Assembly (NCBI GenBank): GCA_965366625.1
Contig: CBDUGP010000038.1
Location: forward strand, 4,239 to 68,238
DNA from: an uncultured bacterium
Lineage (GTDB): Bacteria; Acidobacteriota; Thermoanaerobaculia; Multivoradales; J023
Direction: 5' to 3'
Length of the DNA stretch: 64,000 nucleotides
Shown: piece by piece, positions 19,697 to 29,778 of the stretch
Numbering within the stretch: position 1 is the stretch's first letter
Layout: every line of letters starts with the position of its first letter
Notes under the pieces: model-generated
Seen by the model: the letters and a program-made list of their open reading frames with translations, nothing else
Databases searched by the model: none
Told to the model about the DNA's origin: nothing
Position numbers and translations under genes: made by a program

Positions 19697-20158
19697 ATGA
19701 TTCGCCTGGGCATCGTTTCGGATACACACGGTCAATTGCGGTCGCGCGTTTTAGAGCAATTGGACGGATGCGACCGCATTTTGCACGCCGGAGACGTGGG
19801 TGATGCCACGATTCTCGACCGCTTGGGCGAACTCGCACCCACGGACGCCGTGCGGGGCAATGTCGATTTCGGGGATCGGCTGAGCGCGTTGCCGGCGGTG
19901 ATTTCCGGCTCAGCTGAGCAGGTCGCCTATCGCATGATCCACCAACGGGAGCATGTTCCCGTCGACTGGCAGAGTTCGGCGCAGTTGATTATTTATGGCC
20001 ACAACCATCGACCCGAACTCGAGTGGCGCGGGCGCACCCTGTGGTTAAACCCGGGGGCGGCGGGCCCGCGCCGATTCCACCTACCCCTGACCGTCGCCGT
20101 GGTCACGATCCACGAATCCCAGATGGTGCCGGAGATCTTTTCGGTGGAGCCCGAATGA
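19697..20158 (+). CDS. YfcE/MJ0936-family metallophosphoesterase
   Basis: 'MIRLGIVSDTHG', 'ILHAGDVGD', 'RGNVD', 'IIYGHNHRP' calcineurin-like motifs; 153 aa. Confidence 0.85.
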   Translation: MIRLGIVSDTHGQLRSRVLEQLDGCDRILHAGDVGDATILDRLGELAPTDAVRGNVDFGDRLSALPAVISGSAEQVAYRMIHQREHVPVDWQSSAQLIIYGHNHRPELEWRGRTLWLNPGAAGPRRFHLPLTVAVVTIHESQMVPEIFSVEPE

Positions 20159-20481
20159 GCTTAAACGACCTGACCTTGGAGGACCCGGCTCTCTGGATCG
20201 CCTTGATCACCATGGTCGGCGCTGTCACCTTGGTTGCAGCGGTAGCGAAAAACGTGGTGTCGAGGTTGCGGTCTCGTTCCCAGGAGCTTCGCGAGCAGGA
20301 CGAGCTGCTTTCCCGTCGGTGCGACGAACTCAGCCATCGACTCGATCAATGGACCACCCGAGATCGCATCGATCATTTGTCGGATCTGGTGCGTGCGGGA
20401 GTGCGCGGGGGTCGGTTGGAGCCGGAGGTCGGTCGTCAGCTCGAAGCTTACCTCCGAGAATTGCGCTCCCCCGAGGCCTGA
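20155..20481 (+). CDS. Small membrane protein, hypothetical
   Basis: Internal Met 'MSLNDLTLEDPALWIALITMVGAVTLVAAVAKNVV' (one TM helix then coiled/charged tail); ATGA overlap with upstream stop and TGATG overlap with downstream start. Confidence 0.4.
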   Translation: MSLNDLTLEDPALWIALITMVGAVTLVAAVAKNVVSRLRSRSQELREQDELLSRRCDELSHRLDQWTTRDRIDHLSDLVRAGVRGGRLEPEVGRQLEAYLRELRSPEA

Positions 20482-21620
20482 TGCGCGTCGGCTTCGACCT
20501 CTCCAAGGCCCACCATGCCGACGGAATCGGTACCTGGCAACGGGAAATGGGCCGGGCCTTGGCTGAACAGGTCGAACACCGCGGCGAGCCCGTTGCCCTC
20601 CAAGCTTTGTCTCTGACTGCTCCTTGGAGCCCTACTGCGCTAGGCCTGATTCAAAAAGCCATGGGCAGTCAGGCAAGCCTTTTTCAGTGGCCTGGGCTTT
20701 CGGCATCGACCGGCGGGTCCGGCATCGCACGATCCCAGGAGATTGCGGGATCCGAGGAGATCGTGATTTCCTCGGCCTGGGCCGTGCCCCCGGGTTTCGG
20801 CGGCACCTTATTTTTCGTCGTCCACGATTTGACCTTCTTGACCCATCCCCACTGCCATACCGAGGCGAATCGCTTGCATTGTTTAGCAGGCTGGCTGCGG
20901 GCGGCTTTGGTGGCCGAGGGTCGCTTTTTGGCCGTGTCCCAGGCCACCGCGGATGTGCTCTCGGGTTGGTTGCCGGCCGAGGGGCGAACGTCTGTGATCC
21001 ACAACGGGGTGAGCCCGTTTTGGCGTCCTTTGGAGCGAGACGAAGAGCGAGACGAGGTGGCCGGCATCCTCGACACTTCCTTCACCCTGCGGCCGGATGG
21101 TTTCGTCTTGAGTGTGGGCTCTTTCGAGCCGCGCAAGAACCTCGACGGCTTGTTGACCGCACATCAACGGCTGCCCGACGAGCTGCGTCAACGATTCCCG
21201 CTAGTGTTGGCCGGCAGCCAGGGCTGGAAGAACGAGCGACTTATGGCACGGTTGGATCGAGACCCTCAGGTCCGGGTCTTGGGTCGGGTCAGCGAGGGGG
21301 AGCTATTGGCTCTATATAACGGTGCGGCAGTCTTTGCGTATCCTTCCCTGGCCGAGGGTTTCGGTTTGCCGGCGGCGGAAGCCTTGGCCTGTGGGACTGC
21401 AGTTTTGGCGTCCAATTCCTCCTCCCTGCCCGAGGTGGTCGGAAAAGCGGCGGAAATGGTGGATCCCGAGCTGCCCGAGGCCATATCCTCAGCCCTTGCG
21501 AAGTTGCTCACGGATTCCCAAATGCGACAGGATCTGGCCGACCGGGGGCCCGCCCAAGCAGCACGGTTCTCTTGGCAAAAGTCGGCCGCAAAGCTCTTGG
21601 ATCTGATCCTCGATCCTTGA
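20481..21620 (+). CDS. Glycosyltransferase family 4 (GT-B, GT1 superfamily)
   Basis: 'SFEPRKNLDGLL', 'LVLAGSQGW', 'AAVFAYPSLAEGFGLPAAEALACGTAVLASNSSSLPEVVG' (E-X7-E region). Confidence 0.85.
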   Translation: MRVGFDLSKAHHADGIGTWQREMGRALAEQVEHRGEPVALQALSLTAPWSPTALGLIQKAMGSQASLFQWPGLSASTGGSGIARSQEIAGSEEIVISSAWAVPPGFGGTLFFVVHDLTFLTHPHCHTEANRLHCLAGWLRAALVAEGRFLAVSQATADVLSGWLPAEGRTSVIHNGVSPFWRPLERDEERDEVAGILDTSFTLRPDGFVLSVGSFEPRKNLDGLLTAHQRLPDELRQRFPLVLAGSQGWKNERLMARLDRDPQVRVLGRVSEGELLALYNGAAVFAYPSLAEGFGLPAAEALACGTAVLASNSSSLPEVVGKAAEMVDPELPEAISSALAKLLTDSQMRQDLADRGPAQAARFSWQKSAAKLLDLILDP

Positions 21621-21700
21621 CGGACCCGGAGAACCGAAGATCTCGACGAGCCTCCCGGCTCAAATCTATCCAGCCCCCGGGCCTTAGACGGAACCATCGG

Positions 21701-24301
21701 ATGACGACACCCCTCAACGCCTGCACCATCGTGTCGAAGAATTACATCTGTTATGCGCGGGTGTTGTGCGACTCGTTCTTGGACCATCACCCGGACGGAC
21801 GGTTCTTCGTGTTGTTGGTGGATCGCAACGACGGCTCGATCGACGTCGATGGGGAAAAGTTCACGCTCTTTGAAGCGGAAGACCTTGCCAACATCCCCCG
21901 TCGGGATGCGTTTCTCTTCAAATACACGTTGTTGGAGTGCAATACGGCGGTCAAACCCTTCTTCCTCGAGCACCTGATCGAGGCCTACGACCTGCCGAAT
22001 CTGGTCTATTTCGATCCGGACATCATGATCACCGGCAGCCTCGACCAGCTGGCCCAGTATGTCGAGCAGTATTCGGTGGTGCTGACGCCACATTTAACCG
22101 ACCCGATCGAAGACCAAGCCTTTCCCAACGAGCAGGCGATCCTGCAATCCGGCTCTTATAATTTGGGCTTCGTGGCCTTCCGAACCACCGAAACCAGCCG
22201 ACGTGTGATCCGCTGGTGGCAGGAACGCCTCTACGACAAATGTGTGGTGCGCATTGCCGACGGTTTGTTCGTCGATCAAAAGTGGATGGACTTGGTGCCG
22301 GGCATGTTCGGTGGGCTGACCGGTGAGGTCCTGGTGCTCAACCATCCGGGTTATAACGTCGCCTATTGGAATCTTCACGGACGTCGGGTCACCATGGGAC
22401 CCGACGGTCCGGAGTCGAACGGCATGCCCTTGGTGTTTTTTCACTTCAGTGGCATTCGTCCCGAGAGCTTGGACGGCGTTTCGAAACACCAGGATCGATT
22501 CGAACTCTCGGATATCGGCGAAGCAGCCCAGCTTTACCGCGAGTACGCGGACAAGGTGATCAAAGCCGGCTATTTCGACTGTCGTCCCTGGCCCTATGCC
22601 TTCGGCCGATTCGATAACGGCGTGCGAATTCCCGACGCGGCGCGATCGCTCTTTCACGGCCTGACACCCGGTGAGCAGGCCACTTTCCATAATCCGTTCA
22701 CCACGGGGGGGGCGAACGCCTTCTTTGACTGGCTCAACCAGCCGGTTCCGGGCGCCTCGGTGTCTCGGCTTCTCCATCATCTCTACCAAAGCCGGAGCGA
22801 TCTCAACTTTGGCGACATTCTGCGCGAGCCCGGCTGGGTCGCGTATTCGGCTTGGCTGGCGGAATACGGACGTCACGAGCTGAATCTCGATCCGGAGATG
22901 CTGCGAGGATTGGATCTCAATCCAGGAGATTGGCTCACCCCCGTCGGGCTCAAGCGCCGAATTCGACATGGCCTCAAGCGGGTCTATCATTCAGGGCTGG
23001 GAAAGCAGGCCAAGACCCTGCTCAAGCGGAGTCTGGGTCCTGAACGCAGCCGTCGATTGAAGACACGGCTGCGCAAACCCGTGCCGGTCGCCGCCACCGC
23101 CGGCTCTGGAGTGGGCCACTCTAACCGCGGGATCGAGGTGAACTCTCTAGGTCTGAACTTGGTGGGTTACCTCGACGCGGAAACGGGCATGGGGCAAGCA
23201 GGTCGCTCGTTGGTGGCAGCTTGCAGAGCGGCGGCCATTCCCGTTTCACCCCACACTCTCGAGTTGGGGGTGGTGGCTCGGCGTCAACATACGGCCTTTG
23301 CCGGGGCGACGAGCGACTTTGAGCATGGGATCAATCTCTTCGTGGTCAACGCCGACCAAGCCCATGCGGTGCGCGATCACCTGGGGCGAGACGTTTACCA
23401 CGGCCGATACAATATCGGTCTGTGGCTTTGGGAGCAGGAGCGCTTTCCCGACAGCTTGCGCGGCGCGTTCGAGCTTTACGACGAAATCTGGACTCCGAGC
23501 AGCTTCTGTGTCGACGCGATCAGCGCGGTTTCGCCGGTGCCGGTGCGTCGGATTCCTTTGCCGGTCACAAGTCCCGAGGGCGCGGCAGACGGGACGGATC
23601 GAGCCGTCGACGACTTGCGTCGCGAGCTGGACTTGCCCCAGGGCGCGTTCGTTTTCCTGTTCATGTTCAGCTTTTTGTCTTATGCGCAGCGCAAGAATCC
23701 GGAGGCGGCGGTCCAAGCCTTCAAACAAGCTTTCGGCGATGCGCAAGATCGGGTTCTGGTGCTCAAGACCTCCCAAAAGGACTTTGCCCCCGAGGCCTAC
23801 GATCGGTTGGTGGCGAAGATCGGCGGCGCCGACAACATTCGCTTGATCGACGACTACTATTCGTCGGAGCAGGTGGAGACCTTGACCCGGGCTGCAGACG
23901 CATACCTTTCCCTGCACCGCTCGGAGGGGTTCGGGCTGACGCTGGCGGAAGCCATGGTCCAGGGCAAGCCGGTGGTCGCCACCCCGTATTCTGGGGTCAC
24001 GGATTTTTTCAACGTCAACAATGGATATCCCGTCCGGTACCGGCTGGTCACCCTTGAGCAAGACGTCGGTCCCTACCCCGCCGGCAGCGTCTGGGCCGAT
24101 GCGGACGTCGACCACGCAGCCGAGCAATTGAAGAGATTGGTGGCCGACGACCAAGAGAGGGCTGCTCTCGCCCGGCGGGCGCAGCAGGACATTCGCGACC
24201 TCTTGAGCCCTGAGACCGTCGGCGCCGCCATGAAGCGCCAGTTGACCGAAGTCCTCCGGCGGGATGGATTCAAAAAAACGCTGTCAATGCCCCTGGGCTG
24301 A
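21701..24301 (+). CDS. Bifunctional glycosyltransferase: N-terminal GT-A-like nucleotide-sugar transferase domain + C-terminal GT4 domain
   Basis: N-term 'CTIVSKNYICYARVLCDSFLDHHPDGRFFVLLVD...YFDPDIMI' ; C-term 'LSLHRSEGFGLTLAEAMVQGKPVVATPYSGVTDF'; ATG at 21701 (MTTPLNAC). Confidence 0.75.
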   Translation: MTTPLNACTIVSKNYICYARVLCDSFLDHHPDGRFFVLLVDRNDGSIDVDGEKFTLFEAEDLANIPRRDAFLFKYTLLECNTAVKPFFLEHLIEAYDLPNLVYFDPDIMITGSLDQLAQYVEQYSVVLTPHLTDPIEDQAFPNEQAILQSGSYNLGFVAFRTTETSRRVIRWWQERLYDKCVVRIADGLFVDQKWMDLVPGMFGGLTGEVLVLNHPGYNVAYWNLHGRRVTMGPDGPESNGMPLVFFHFSGIRPESLDGVSKHQDRFELSDIGEAAQLYREYADKVIKAGYFDCRPWPYAFGRFDNGVRIPDAARSLFHGLTPGEQATFHNPFTTGGANAFFDWLNQPVPGASVSRLLHHLYQSRSDLNFGDILREPGWVAYSAWLAEYGRHELNLDPEMLRGLDLNPGDWLTPVGLKRRIRHGLKRVYHSGLGKQAKTLLKRSLGPERSRRLKTRLRKPVPVAATAGSGVGHSNRGIEVNSLGLNLVGYLDAETGMGQAGRSLVAACRAAAIPVSPHTLELGVVARRQHTAFAGATSDFEHGINLFVVNADQAHAVRDHLGRDVYHGRYNIGLWLWEQERFPDSLRGAFELYDEIWTPSSFCVDAISAVSPVPVRRIPLPVTSPEGAADGTDRAVDDLRRELDLPQGAFVFLFMFSFLSYAQRKNPEAAVQAFKQAFGDAQDRVLVLKTSQKDFAPEAYDRLVAKIGGADNIRLIDDYYSSEQVETLTRAADAYLSLHRSEGFGLTLAEAMVQGKPVVATPYSGVTDFFNVNNGYPVRYRLVTLEQDVGPYPAGSVWADADVDHAAEQLKRLVADDQERAALARRAQQDIRDLLSPETVGAAMKRQLTEVLRRDGFKKTLSMPLG

Positions 24302-24360
24302 TGGTTTTGTGGATTCGGTCGTACTGATCCGGCCGACGAACGTGATCGATAGGAGACGGA

Positions 24361-25254
24361 ATGGTTTCGGAAATCTTTGACCCCGAAAAATGGCAGCAGG
24401 TACCGGGTTTCGACTTTAAGGACATCACCTACCATCGGGCCAAAGCCCACGGCACGGTGCGGATTGCCTTCGATCGTCCCGAGGTGCGGAACGCGTTCCG
24501 TCCGCCGACCGTCGACGAGCTCTACAGGGCTTTGGACCATGCCCGCCAAAGCACCGACGTGGGCTGTGTTCTGCTGACCGGCAACGGACCGTCGCCCAAG
24601 GATGGTGGATGGGCCTTCTGTTCCGGGGGGGATCAGCGAATTCGCGGCAAGGACGGCTACCAATACGTCGACTCCCAGGGCGGATCGGAGCCCGGCCGCC
24701 TAGGACGTCTCCATATTTTGGAAGTGCAGCGGCTGATCCGTTTCATGCCCAAAGTGGTGATCGCGGTGGTGCCCGGCTGGGCCGTGGGCGGGGGGCACAG
24801 CTTGCACGTGGTTTGTGACATGACCTTGGCCAGCCGAGAGCACGGGATCTTCAAACAAACCGACGCCGACGTGGCGAGCTTCGACGGAGGTTATGGCTCG
24901 GCCCTACTGGCACGGCAAGTGGGCCAGAAGCGCGCGCGGGAGATCTTTTTCATCGGCGGGAATTATTCGGCGGAGGAAGCCCATCAGATGGGCATGGTCA
25001 ATGCGGTCGTCGACCACGCCGAGCTGGAAGACTTTGCCCTGGAATGGGCCCGAGAGATCAACTCAAAGAGCCCGACCGCCATGCGCATGCTGAAATTCGC
25101 CTTCAACGCCGTGGATGACGGCATGGTCGGTCAGCAGATCTTCGCCGGCGAAGCCACACGACTGGCCTATATGACCGACGAGGCCGAGGAAGGCCGGGAT
25201 GCTTTCGTCGAAAAGCGTGCCCGAGATTTTTCCCGTTTCCCTTGGCATTATTGA
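24361..25254 (+). CDS. menB: 1,4-dihydroxy-2-naphthoyl-CoA synthase
   Basis: Crotonase fold with MenB hallmarks 'FCSGGDQRIRG', 'VVIAVVPGWAVGGGHSLHVVCDMTLAS', C-terminal 'FVEKRARDFSRFPWHY'. Confidence 0.9.
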   Translation: MVSEIFDPEKWQQVPGFDFKDITYHRAKAHGTVRIAFDRPEVRNAFRPPTVDELYRALDHARQSTDVGCVLLTGNGPSPKDGGWAFCSGGDQRIRGKDGYQYVDSQGGSEPGRLGRLHILEVQRLIRFMPKVVIAVVPGWAVGGGHSLHVVCDMTLASREHGIFKQTDADVASFDGGYGSALLARQVGQKRAREIFFIGGNYSAEEAHQMGMVNAVVDHAELEDFALEWAREINSKSPTAMRMLKFAFNAVDDGMVGQQIFAGEATRLAYMTDEAEEGRDAFVEKRARDFSRFPWHY

Positions 25255-25272
25255 CCGCGCCGGAGCCGATTC

Positions 25273-26643
25273 CTACGGCAAGACCCTCAGGAGTGAGCTA
25301 CCTCCGGGAGCATTGACCTCGGCCCGGACGGCGCCCAGCTCGCGGAGCTCTGGGGCCGAATCGAGGATCGGCACCGCCGTGACTCCGTCTGGGCGAAGGG
25401 ATTCGAGGCTGCACCTTCCAAGCTCCCCTTCAAGCTGCGTGTCGTTTAGGGATGGCTCGAATTTAGCGAAGACCCGGATGTAGTTGTCGGTCAAACCGGT
25501 CCAGAAATCTCCCCTCCGCTCCTCCCAGACCACGCTGGCGGTTTCGCCGAGTCGGCTTTGCCAGAAAGCTCGCTCGCTCTCCGCCCCGGCTCCACGCAGG
25601 ATCGCGGTCCGCTCTTTTTTGACCTGATGCTCCACCGGGTCGGGCAGGGTTTCGGCGTGGGTTCCTTGGCGGGGCGAGAACGTGAAAATGTGCGGCCGAG
25701 CAAAGGCCAGGTGCTGCACGAATTCAAGGCTCTCGGCAAATTCTTCGTCGGTTTCCCCGGGGAAGCCCACGATCACATCGGTGGTCAGAGCCAATCCCGG
25801 AATGTGCGCCCGTAGCTTCTCCGCCAAGGCTCGGTATTGATCGGCGGAATAGGGGCGACGCATTCGCTTGAGGGTGGCCGAGCAGCCGCTTTGTAACGAC
25901 ATGTGGATGTGGCGGCAGAGGCGAGGGTCCTGCCAAAGATCCAATAGGCGGTCGTCGAATTTCCACGGCGCGATGGACGTCAGGCGCAATCTGGGCACGG
26001 ACGTGCGCTGTAGGATCATCGAAACCAGGTCGAAGAGTCTTCTGCCCGCGTGCTCGTATTCTGAGATTTGCACCCCGGTGACAACCACTTCACGGTATCC
26101 GCCATCCGCCAGGGCCTGCACCTCTGCCACCACATCTTCGACGGAGCGACTCCGTTGGCGTCCTCGGGTGGTGGGGATGATGCAGAAGGAGCAGCGCATA
26201 TTGCAGCCGTCTTCCACCTTCACCAACGCCCTGGACAGGCCAAAGTCGAGTGGCACGTAGGGAATCGCCAGGGGTTCGGCGCTTTGGGCCTGGGGTATCC
26301 GGTCGGGAAAGGCCTCATGGACCTTCTGGAGCAGGTCGTCTTTGAGATCGTTGGTGACCAAGAGATCGACTCCGGCCAGGGCTGCCGCCTCTTTCGGAGC
26401 TTCGGTGGCATAACAGCCGGTCAACACGGTTTTCATGTCCGGATTCAGGCGATGGCCGCGACGTGCGGTTTTTCTGGAATCCCGGGCGGCCAGATGGGTC
26501 ACGGTGCAGGAATTGACCACATGTAAGTCGGCTTCGGACAAGGATGGAGCGAGGCTGTGACCCGCCGCCAGAAATTGTCGCGACAATCGGTCGACTTCAG
26601 CTTGATTGAGCTTGCAGCCCAAATTAGTGAAAAAAACTCGCAT
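25273..26643 (-). CDS. Radical-SAM methylthiotransferase, MiaB/RimO/MtaB family (MtaB-like)
   Basis: UPF0004 'MRVFFTNLGCKLNQAEVD', radical SAM 'GCNMRCSFCIIP', C-terminal TRAM-like region. Confidence 0.85.
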   Translation of the reverse strand: MRVFFTNLGCKLNQAEVDRLSRQFLAAGHSLAPSLSEADLHVVNSCTVTHLAARDSRKTARRGHRLNPDMKTVLTGCYATEAPKEAAALAGVDLLVTNDLKDDLLQKVHEAFPDRIPQAQSAEPLAIPYVPLDFGLSRALVKVEDGCNMRCSFCIIPTTRGRQRSRSVEDVVAEVQALADGGYREVVVTGVQISEYEHAGRRLFDLVSMILQRTSVPRLRLTSIAPWKFDDRLLDLWQDPRLCRHIHMSLQSGCSATLKRMRRPYSADQYRALAEKLRAHIPGLALTTDVIVGFPGETDEEFAESLEFVQHLAFARPHIFTFSPRQGTHAETLPDPVEHQVKKERTAILRGAGAESERAFWQSRLGETASVVWEERRGDFWTGLTDNYIRVFAKFEPSLNDTQLEGELGRCSLESLRPDGVTAVPILDSAPELRELGAVRAEVNAPGGSSLLRVLP

Positions 26644-26785
26644 GTGGGAAGGCATCTCTCTACGTCCGGCTGGGCTAGATCGGGTCCAGCAGCAGACTTG
26701 AAGGGGGAAGAGCCTGGCGCAGCGGGATCCCGGCGGAAGCTGATCGTAACATGGGGACGAGCAGGTGGAACTCTCGGGAACCGGC

Positions 26786-28321
26786 TCAAATTTTCGAAAT
26801 CTCGGCCGAACCCAGCAGCTCTTTGGCCCCGGGATAGCCCTTCAGAAGTACCGCTCGCACCGTCTCGTGGACCAGGGGGCGCAATCGGCGTGCTGCCTGT
26901 TGTGCGTTCAGGTTTGCTCGGTGGGTCGCCAAGCTCTGCCACATCTCTTGCCATTCCGGATGGCGTGCCTTGAGTTCGGCGGTGACGGCGTCCAACCACC
27001 GGCGCGATGCTTCATGGTCACGAAATTCCCCCCGACCGCGGCCGAAATGGGCGACGGCCAAATAGCGCAGTAGGGCTTGGGCGGCCAAAGAGTCGAGAAA
27101 AGTCTGGGACCAGGCCACGGAAGGCATCTTGTCGCCTTTGACCAGCCGATAACCCCGCGCCAGCCCGGCGCCTCCGACCGCACCGAGAATTGCTCCAGCC
27201 AGCATACCTCCGCCGAAAGTCAGCCCGCCGGCCAGCAAATCCGCGGCCAGCCCGCCGACCGCGCCGGAGACTACTCCGCCCAATAGGGCTCCACGTTCCG
27301 TATCGAGGGCATCCTCCCCTTCCACCGAAAAGGCGTCGAGCTGTTTGTCGATTTCGGCGGCCACCGTGCCTTCCAATTGATGGCGAGCCAAAAGTTCGGA
27401 CATCAGGTCCTCGCTGCCGTCGACCGCCCGCCGGCCGAGCGCCGCCATGGCCGCATCCTTCTCCGCTCGACTCGGGCGTCGGCTGGCCAGGGACTCTCGG
27501 TCGAGGGCCGCGCCGGCCAAATAGCCGGCGATGGCCTCGACGCAGCGATCCATCACGTCGAGGTTTCGGCGATTCCAAGCTTGTCTCAGCTCGTGCATCA
27601 AGGGCCGCGACGGCTCGGGCAGCAATGGCTCTAGATCCCGCAGCAGGTGATCTTCTTCGACCCAACAGCGGTTGTAGGCGTCGAGGGCCCCCACACCACG
27701 AACCACTTGGAAGCGCCGTGTGTGGTCTCGCCAACGTTCGATTCGCGGCGTCAGGGGTTGGTTTTGAAAGCTGGTATCGCCGGTTTGGTTGAGCAGAATC
27801 CATACCGGTACGTCGAGCCAATCCAGCAGGGCGAGTTCGTGGTCTACATAGCCGGCTTCGTCGGGCTCTTCGGTGGCGTTGACCAAATACAGGACCAAGT
27901 CCGCCTGCTCGCGCACATTGAGGGTCGCCTGCTGGGAGCACCAAAAAGGTCGATCGGTGTAGCGGTCCCAGGTTTGTTGCAGGAACCACCAAACCGGGCG
28001 ATCCGACCGCCGGAGGCGCTGGAGCAATCGGGCGGAGTCGCCGAAGCCAGGGGTATCTGCCAACAACAAGCGAGAGCCGGAGTCGAGCTGAATCAGCTCG
28101 AAGATCTCGGCCTGATCGGTAACGTGGGCTTGATCCAGAACTTGGCCGACGTCCCGCCGAAGCAAGGTCCTGGCCAGACTGGTTTTTCCCACATTGGTGT
28201 GGGAAACCAAGCTGAGGGTGATGTCGGTAGGCGCCGGCAGAGAAGGCTCAGTGGGCTCAGTGGGCTCAGCTTCGGACAGCTTCGGCTGCGGTGAATGCTC
28301 TGTTGAGTTTTCCGGGCTCAT
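26786..28321 (-). CDS. DUF3482-type membrane GTPase
   Basis: P-loop 'LVSHTNVGKTSLARTLL', G3 'LADTPGFGDS', long linker, C-terminal Gly-zipper TM 'GALLGGVVSGAVGGLAADLLAGGLTFGGGMLAGAILGAVGGAGLA'; start at MSPENS overlapping upstream stop (ATGA). Confidence 0.65.
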   Translation of the reverse strand: MSPENSTEHSPQPKLSEAEPTEPTEPSLPAPTDITLSLVSHTNVGKTSLARTLLRRDVGQVLDQAHVTDQAEIFELIQLDSGSRLLLADTPGFGDSARLLQRLRRSDRPVWWFLQQTWDRYTDRPFWCSQQATLNVREQADLVLYLVNATEEPDEAGYVDHELALLDWLDVPVWILLNQTGDTSFQNQPLTPRIERWRDHTRRFQVVRGVGALDAYNRCWVEEDHLLRDLEPLLPEPSRPLMHELRQAWNRRNLDVMDRCVEAIAGYLAGAALDRESLASRRPSRAEKDAAMAALGRRAVDGSEDLMSELLARHQLEGTVAAEIDKQLDAFSVEGEDALDTERGALLGGVVSGAVGGLAADLLAGGLTFGGGMLAGAILGAVGGAGLARGYRLVKGDKMPSVAWSQTFLDSLAAQALLRYLAVAHFGRGRGEFRDHEASRRWLDAVTAELKARHPEWQEMWQSLATHRANLNAQQAARRLRPLVHETVRAVLLKGYPGAKELLGSAEISKI

Positions 28322-29778
28322 GGTCGGCTTTCTCGCTGAGGCCAGAGGGCTTCGGCGGCGTTCTCGAGGTGAAGGCTCAAGGTCTCGGATTGATCCAGTT
28401 CGAGAAAGGCGACCGGCAGCTCGACGTGATCCAGAACCCGCTGCCAAGCCCGTCTTCGGGATTCGATGCGCCCACCGGAGTCGTCACTGAGTCTCTTTTT
28501 GAACGGAGACTCGTCGATCACCACCAAGAGCGACTGGCCGTCGACCCGTTGGTTGCGCAAGTTTTCGAGCCATTCTCCATGCACTTCCAGCTCGGGGGTT
28601 TGTCCGGCGCTGAATACCGCCACCCGCAGACCCGCCCCACCGGCTTCGGGCAGCTCGTCGCCGTAGCTGAGGTTCGGTGCCGTTTGAATTTGTGCCCTTG
28701 CGCCCACGAGATCCAAGAGCAAAGTCCTCAGGGTAGTCAGGGTCTTCTCGGTCGCACGGTAGCTGTAGAGCAGGATCTGAACTTTTTCCTCGCGGGTATC
28801 CACCGAGGCTTCCAGGCGCCGAATGTAGCTGTCCTGGAGATCGAAGGCCACTCGGCGGCGCCAAAGCTGAATGCGCAGCAAATCCCAGCCGGCCAGCAAG
28901 AGGCGCGGCACTCCGACTCCGAGGCCTGCGATCAAAGCCCAGGCATGGATCCAGGGCGCTGCGGGGCCGGAAGCGGGCGCAGCGATGGTGGCGGCCGAGG
29001 GCAGGTCCAAATCCAGGATGGCTCGGGCCGGTGCCAGCAGGGTCGCCAGAAATCCGTCCACCACCTCGACGCCCAAGAAAGTGCTTTCCCAGGTCGCCCG
29101 ATATTCGAACGCGACGCCTCGGGCGTACATGCCGACGATGACCCCGAGCACGGCCATCAATGCACCGAGATGGAATGCGGCGCGAATGCCCGCTGCAAGG
29201 GCCGGTTGCGCGATGGGCAGCCAAGCGCCAACGAAGCTGCGATGGATTCTCGCTTCGAGGCCTGTGTCGTCGGAGTTCGAGGCTCGACCGGAAGCCAGGG
29301 GTGAAAAGCGCTGCCACCAAGGTGCGTCGGCCGTTTCCCTCCGAGGAATCAAAAAGCGGATCGACATCCAAAGATAAATCGCGAGATTCCAAAGCAAGAG
29401 ACCCACCAAGGGTGGTGCCAGGATGTTGACCGCTCGGTTTGGACCGAGGGCGTTGGTGGCTAAGCCGAAAGCGAAGGCGGGAATCAACAATGCGGCCAAC
29501 CAGCGGAGAGGAATCTCGCGGCTTTGCAAGCGTCGCCACAGGTCGGGCCGGGTTTTGTGCAAACGTTCGACGATGGCCCTTGCTCGTAAGGCCAACCATT
29601 GTTTGGGGTGTGCATGCTCGGCGATGGCTTCGCGGGTCGCGTTCCGTCGCCACTGGACGGGAACCAATACCCCCTCCCGATCCTCCTGCTCCAACGCCCG
29701 CGCCAGCAGTACGTTTCGGGCATTGCCGGCGGAGAGGCGAAAGGTCGACATGGGTTCAGTCGTGGTCTGCTTCCCCAT
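28318..29778 (-). CDS. DUF2868-type membrane protein (partner of DUF3482 GTPase)
   Basis: Multiple TM helices, no catalytic motif recognised; adjacency and 4-nt overlap with DUF3482 gene; start ambiguous (Met at 29778/29793 with GGGGAAG RBS inside a 15-bp repeat, or 29751 coupled 4 nt after KS stop). Confidence 0.55.
   Translation of the reverse strand: MGKQTTTEPMSTFRLSAGNARNVLLARALEQEDREGVLVPVQWRRNATREAIAEHAHPKQWLALRARAIVERLHKTRPDLWRRLQSREIPLRWLAALLIPAFAFGLATNALGPNRAVNILAPPLVGLLLWNLAIYLWMSIRFLIPRRETADAPWWQRFSPLASGRASNSDDTGLEARIHRSFVGAWLPIAQPALAAGIRAAFHLGALMAVLGVIVGMYARGVAFEYRATWESTFLGVEVVDGFLATLLAPARAILDLDLPSAATIAAPASGPAAPWIHAWALIAGLGVGVPRLLLAGWDLLRIQLWRRRVAFDLQDSYIRRLEASVDTREEKVQILLYSYRATEKTLTTLRTLLLDLVGARAQIQTAPNLSYGDELPEAGGAGLRVAVFSAGQTPELEVHGEWLENLRNQRVDGQSLLVVIDESPFKKRLSDDSGGRIESRRRAWQRVLDHVELPVAFLELDQSETLSLHLENAAEALWPQRESRP

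Noticed and set aside
21266-24154. 275-aa and 302-aa minus-strand ORFs inside the glycosyltransferase genes
   Set aside because: Antisense to GT4 E-X7-E motif-bearing frames
27018-28294. Several 200-320-aa ORFs on both strands overlapping the DUF3482 GTPase gene
   Set aside because: Arg/Pro/Gly-rich, no motifs; the minus-strand frame with P-loop and DTPG motifs is the coherent one
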